Assembly: GCF_009914755.1 (NCBI RefSeq)
Contig: NC_060933.1
Origin: the human T2T-CHM13v2.0 reference genome, Homo sapiens
DNA: 64,000 bases
Strand: one strand, 5' to 3'
The position numbers and the translations under genes were made by a program. Positions 56,467 through 64,000 of the stretch are shown one piece after another. The notes under the pieces were generated by a model. The model was not told where the DNA came from. It saw only the letters and a program-made list of their open reading frames with translations, and ran no database searches. Each line of letters starts with the position of its first letter. The stretch's first letter is position 1.

Positions 56467-57169
56467 CTCTTTAGTTGTTTCTTAACCTGTAAGTTGTTTT
56501 CCTTGAACTAATCCTATTTTTTTTGTATTTTTCCTACTTTACCATTTAATTTTGTAATCGTGTTTTCTCTCCTCAATCTGTCTTCTCTATTTTTTATCTT
56601 TTTCTTCCTTTCCCAGAATTCTATCTTTCAAATGTGCTGAAGCAGAGTTCTTTACCACCATATTCCTTATTGTCACCGTTTGTCCCAGCATTGTAAGACA
56701 TTTGTCATCTTACATGAGTTGTACTTATGAAAAGGTATTGTTCACTATCCCTAGCATTTGTTGCCAAAGGTCTCTCATTAATATTTCTGACTTCACTTAG
56801 TACCACCATGTTAGTAAGCAGTGTGCAGTGACATTTCAAACATATTTAGAATTTATAGCGATTGTACAAAACAATTATTCTTGTTCATTCTATTTTTTCT
56901 TTAGACAAGAATGAAACTGAAACAGAGATGATGAGTCACCGAAAAGTTTATTTTATTCTTCTAATGAGCAGAAATATTTAACACAATTTAAGCAAATTTT
57001 TTTAAGTATTTAGAAAATTTTATTTATTTTAGTGTTCCAAACAACCTAGCAATTTTTTTAAAAGATGGAAAAAAATCATGGACATTATTAAATATGGTAT
57101 CCCATAATTACTTCAAAGTAAATTCTATCATATATCTGACATATTAAAATATATACTGAGATGGTAGAG

Positions 57170-57382
57170 TAAGCTTATCCAACCTGCAGCCCACGAGCTG
57201 CAAGCGGACCAGGACAGCTTTGAATGCGGCCCAACACAAATTCACAAACTTTCTGAAAACATTATGAGACTTTTGTGATTTTTTTTTTAGTTTATCAGCT
57301 ATCATTAGTGTTAGTCTATTTTATGTGTGGCCCAACACAATTCCTCTTTTTCCAAAGTGGCCCAAAATATTGGACACCCCTG
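57170..57382 (-). mobile_element. MER30 hAT-Charlie MITE
   Basis: Reverse complement starts CAGGGGTGTCCAA; GCTTTGAATGCGGCCCAACACAAATTC; 8-bp TSD TGGTAGAG/TGGTAAAG. Confidence 0.92.
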
Positions 57383-57508
57383 TGGTAAAGTTTTGTAGTT
57401 AATTAATTGCAAGACTTTATGATACAGATATGTCATTTTGAGTCCCAGGCAATGTCACCTACTAACTACATAACTTCTCTTTTCCTCGTGTACAACCATA
57501 TGCACTAA

Positions 57509-57791
57509 GGCTAGGCACAGTGGCTCACGCCTGTAATCCTAGCACTTTGGGAGGCTGAGATGGGCAGCCAGATCACTTGAGTTCAGGACTTTGAGACGAA
57601 TCTGAGCAACATGGTGAATGCCTGTCTCTATAAAAAATACAAAAAATTAGTCAGTGTGGTGTTGCACACCTGTAGTCATAGCTGCTCAGGAGGCTGAGGT
57701 GGGAGGATGGCTTGAGCCTGGGAGGTGGAGGATGCAGTGAGCCGAGATTGCTCCACTGCACGGTAGCCTGGGCAGCAGAGCCAGACCCTGA
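57509..57791 (+). mobile_element. AluJ-type SINE lacking its poly(A) tail
   Basis: J diagnostics GGAGGATGGCTTGAGCC and AGACCCTG; joins L1 sequence directly. Confidence 0.92.
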
Positions 57792-58160
57792 CGTGGCACA
57801 TATACACCGTGGAATACTATGCAGCCATAAAAAGGATGAGTTAATGTCCTTTGCAGGGACATGGATGAAGCTGGAAACCACGATTCTGAGCAAACTATCA
57901 CAAGGACAGAAAACCAAACACTGCATGTTCTCACTCATAGGTGGGAATTGAACAATGAGAATACTTGAACACAGGGCAGGGAACATCACACACCGGGGCC
58001 TTTTGGGGGGCGGGGGGCTGGGGGAGGGATAGCGTTAGGAGAAATACCTAATGTAAATGACGAGTTGATGGGTGCAGCAAACCAACATGGCACATGTATA
58101 CCTATGTAACCTGTAGGTTGTGCACATGTACCCTAGAACTTAAAGTATAATTTAAGAAAA
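57792..58160 (+). mobile_element. L1PA5/6-like 3' end (~370 bp)
   Basis: GTGGCACATATACACCGTGGAATACTATGCAGCC...GGAGAAATACCTAATGTAAATGACGAGTTGATGGGTGCAGCAAACCAAC...CCTAGAACTTAAAGTATAA. Confidence 0.93.
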
Positions 58161-60478
58161 GCAATATTGGAGGGATTACAGTAACAAATAAAGCACTGAA
58201 AACTGTGTCTAGCAATTAAATAGTAATAACAATAAAAGTCATTATTGTTGTATAACACTTTGGTATTTTTAATATTCATAGATGACCAAGAAAGTGAATA
58301 GATTCCAGAGACTTATTCACAATGTTTCCTCTCAGATTTTTAATGGATAAGCATTAATAAAAACAGATGAGTGAGTACAGTTAATTAAATGAATGCTAAG
58401 TCAATTTATATGGCTTGCTGAATTATGATAGGCACATTTTAAAATGTGGTAACACATACATAGAATCATAAAACACATAGAATTAGGTAACATAGAATAA
58501 TAAAAGCAAAAGGTAAATAAAGTGAATAAAATATACAGAATAAAATGTCTTCTGCCTCCAAAATAGCATTTATTTGTATTAATTCTTCGAAATATTTTCT
58601 CATGTTCAGATGAAATGTGGAAAATGAATTTTTTTAATCTTTTTATTACAAATAGATATGCTTCTATTTTAATTGTGTTAAGAAATATCTAGGATTTATA
58701 TTATAGAATTTCATTAATGCCTAAATTCAAACTATGGATGAATTAAAATTACATATAACCTATGATAATGTCTTGATCAATGTGTCAGAGAATGATTTTT
58801 TAATGGCATTGCTTGTCCTTTTTTTGACATAAAGTATATAAAGTATTGCTCATGTGTTACCTCATTTTCATGGTTATGTTTTCAAAGCAAAGTGAGATAC
58901 ATTAGTAAATCAAACCAAACTTTTTACAAACAATTGAATTGTAGACTATAGAAGAAAACTCAGGATACAACACTCGATATTAATGTTCTCTCTCAAGTCA
59001 CTTGACAAAATATCTGAGCCCAGTATTTGTCAATAAAACCAGTGCATGCACAACCGCACGATAGGCAGGTGTATTAAGCAAAATGTCTGTTTCTCAGAGT
59101 CTATTCAACCTGGTTCAGAACTGTTTTCCTCTCTGTGTGGTACTGCCCCTTGAGACTTTATAAACCGAGCTCAAAATTAGCTCTTCTATCCAGCTGGCAT
59201 CTTTCTACTTGACCAACTATTAATTTCCAAAGTGCAAAAAACCCTTTAAGTCTGATTAAGAAATTAAGTGAATTTAAAAACCTATTTATTAACTTAGTAC
59301 TTCACTTGGTCCTTAAAACACTAGGAATTTGGGTAAAAAATAGATAAGAAAACTGGAATTAATTAGGATTAGATAATTTGCCAAAGCTATTAAGTGTTGG
59401 TACTGGAGTTTGAATCCCAGAACCTGTGTTATTAACCATTCTGCTCTACTACTCCAGCTTGTCTATTAATTGTTTGACGTTACAAAATCACAGGTGGGGA
59501 AATATGGTCACTAAGCTCTCACACTTTCTGTTTTTGAGGATTATCTGATTATATTAGGGAGGAATAGATCTTGGCTTCTTAAAGCAATAGTTAATTCTGT
59601 GATACAAAATGTTTATTTTCAAAAGCAGTTCTTTAGAGCTAGGCCTTAATGGCTGCTCTTAATCTTAACTCATTCCACCGTATAACCAGAATAATAACTC
59701 AAATAGATTCCACTCTAAAAGCAGTGACTCTTAAATAGATTTTAGTAAAAGTTATTAAAAGGTAAGGATTACAGGGTGTCATCAAATGGCCAGTGACCGC
59801 TATTTATCACATTCTCCAAATTATCTTCCTGACTGCCCTCTTTTTTCTCAGAAACCTTGTGTCAAGTTCTTTTATCTTATTCCTCAGCCTTTATTAACAT
59901 CTTCTACTCTCAAGAATTCCACTCTTTAGATGAAATGTTTTCTTTCCCATGTTCTCCCATTCTCTCAGACTAAATTCTTCCCATCATCCCTCCAGGTTTT
60001 TGTAAGCATTTAATCAGAAATGTATCCTCCCTAGAACAATGCCGATGTTCTAGGAAAGGGAATTGAGGGTTGTAAAAAGTGTACACACACATACACACAC
60101 ACACACAAATACAATTATGTAAGTTTCCCAGTAGCAATATTTGATAGATTTCTTCTCTTTGGGAAATTTGCAAAGAAAATGATGCTCTGGTTAAATATCT
60201 GTACACTTCCACGTTAATAATTTTGTTAAATCAAGGAGGCCAGTGAATGCGGAAATAAAATTTTTTTGCAAAAAAAATAAAATTCTTGCTACACAAAGTA
60301 GCTGCTGTTTGTGGACTTAGGTTTATATTTACGTGTCAAAGGAAGAGACTAGACCAATATTAAAGGAAGATACTGATGAATTTATAGTAGATAATAACAT
60401 AAAATAACTCATTGAGGTCATCAAGGCATAAAAGAAGGATTGAGGAGAAGACCCGACTTGCTTTTAATAATAATGATG

Positions 60479-60811
<333 letters not shown>

Positions 60812-60999
60812 AATAATAATGATGGCCACAAAAAATACTATGCCCTTGAAAAAAGTATTATTCTTTTTAAGCTACTCTATATATTGCCTTTAATTGTAAC
60901 TTACTTTATAACGTGTATTAAAGACTGAGACTTTCCATATTGAATTTTTTTTTGTTCCTCATTACTTTTCCTCATTTGAGAGAATACGAAAAATTTGGT

Positions 61000-61036
61000 T
61001 TTCCCTATAATGGTTAATCTGACCATTATAGGGAAA
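61000..61036. repeat. Perfect 15-bp inverted repeat with 7-nt loop
   Basis: TTTCCCTATAATGGT-taatctg-ACCATTATAGGGAAA. Confidence 0.95.
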
Positions 61037-61164
61037 CATGACACAAACAATAGCTAAAATTTTTAAGTAAGCGCATGAAATTGAAGGTAATGAATGTGAT
61101 GTAATGATGGAACATTTCTGTTAATGATTGTCACTGATTATTATTTAAAGTGTATTATAATCTT

Positions 61165-63830
<2,666 letters not shown>

Positions 63831-64000
63831 TCACACTTCAATTTCTCTATATTTTTATTCTTCTCTCTCCCCAGTTTTGATTAATCCCTAAAATAAAATG
63901 TATATATTTGTAACATATTTGGTAAGATTCACATAATTGTTTCATTTAAACAATTTTGAAATCCTCATTAATTAAAATGAGTTCTCCTTCAGTCTAGATC

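Noticed and set aside
60030-60054. AGAACA...TGTTCT inverted repeat resembling a GRE/ARE
   Set aside because: Spacer is 7 nt rather than the required 3

Overview
AT-rich, CpG-depleted primate genomic DNA, most likely human because it contains a young AluYb-lineage element. It looks like a large intron or intergenic region. I found no credible multi-exon CDS, tRNA, rRNA or CpG island, and the supplied ORFs are Alu-, L1- or LTR-derived or chance ORFs. The window is dominated by interspersed repeats: 12 Alus, several L1s (one with a twin-primed 5' inversion and nested Alu and MER4A), a ~2.3 kb L2, solo LTRs (THE1, MER21, MLT1A-, MLT1D- and MLT1K-like, MER4A), DNA-transposon MITEs (MADE1, Tigger3, MER46C, MER2B, MER30) and many MIRs. 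Subfamily names come from recalled consensus sequences, not a RepeatMasker run. The most interesting signals are: (i) a candidate 17-nt minus-strand microexon at 4463-4479 in a repeat-free, splicing-motif-rich island, plus a second 33/38-nt candidate near 32.5 kb; (ii) three locally templated insertion scars, two of which interrupt older transposons so donor and acceptor can be told apart; (iii) a young mosaic AluYb with a microsatellite grown from its target-site duplication (TSD); (iv) atypical retrotransposition products, including a possible 3' transduction and insertion-associated deletions. I cannot support a wholly new biological system from sequence alone, and I could not identify the host gene.
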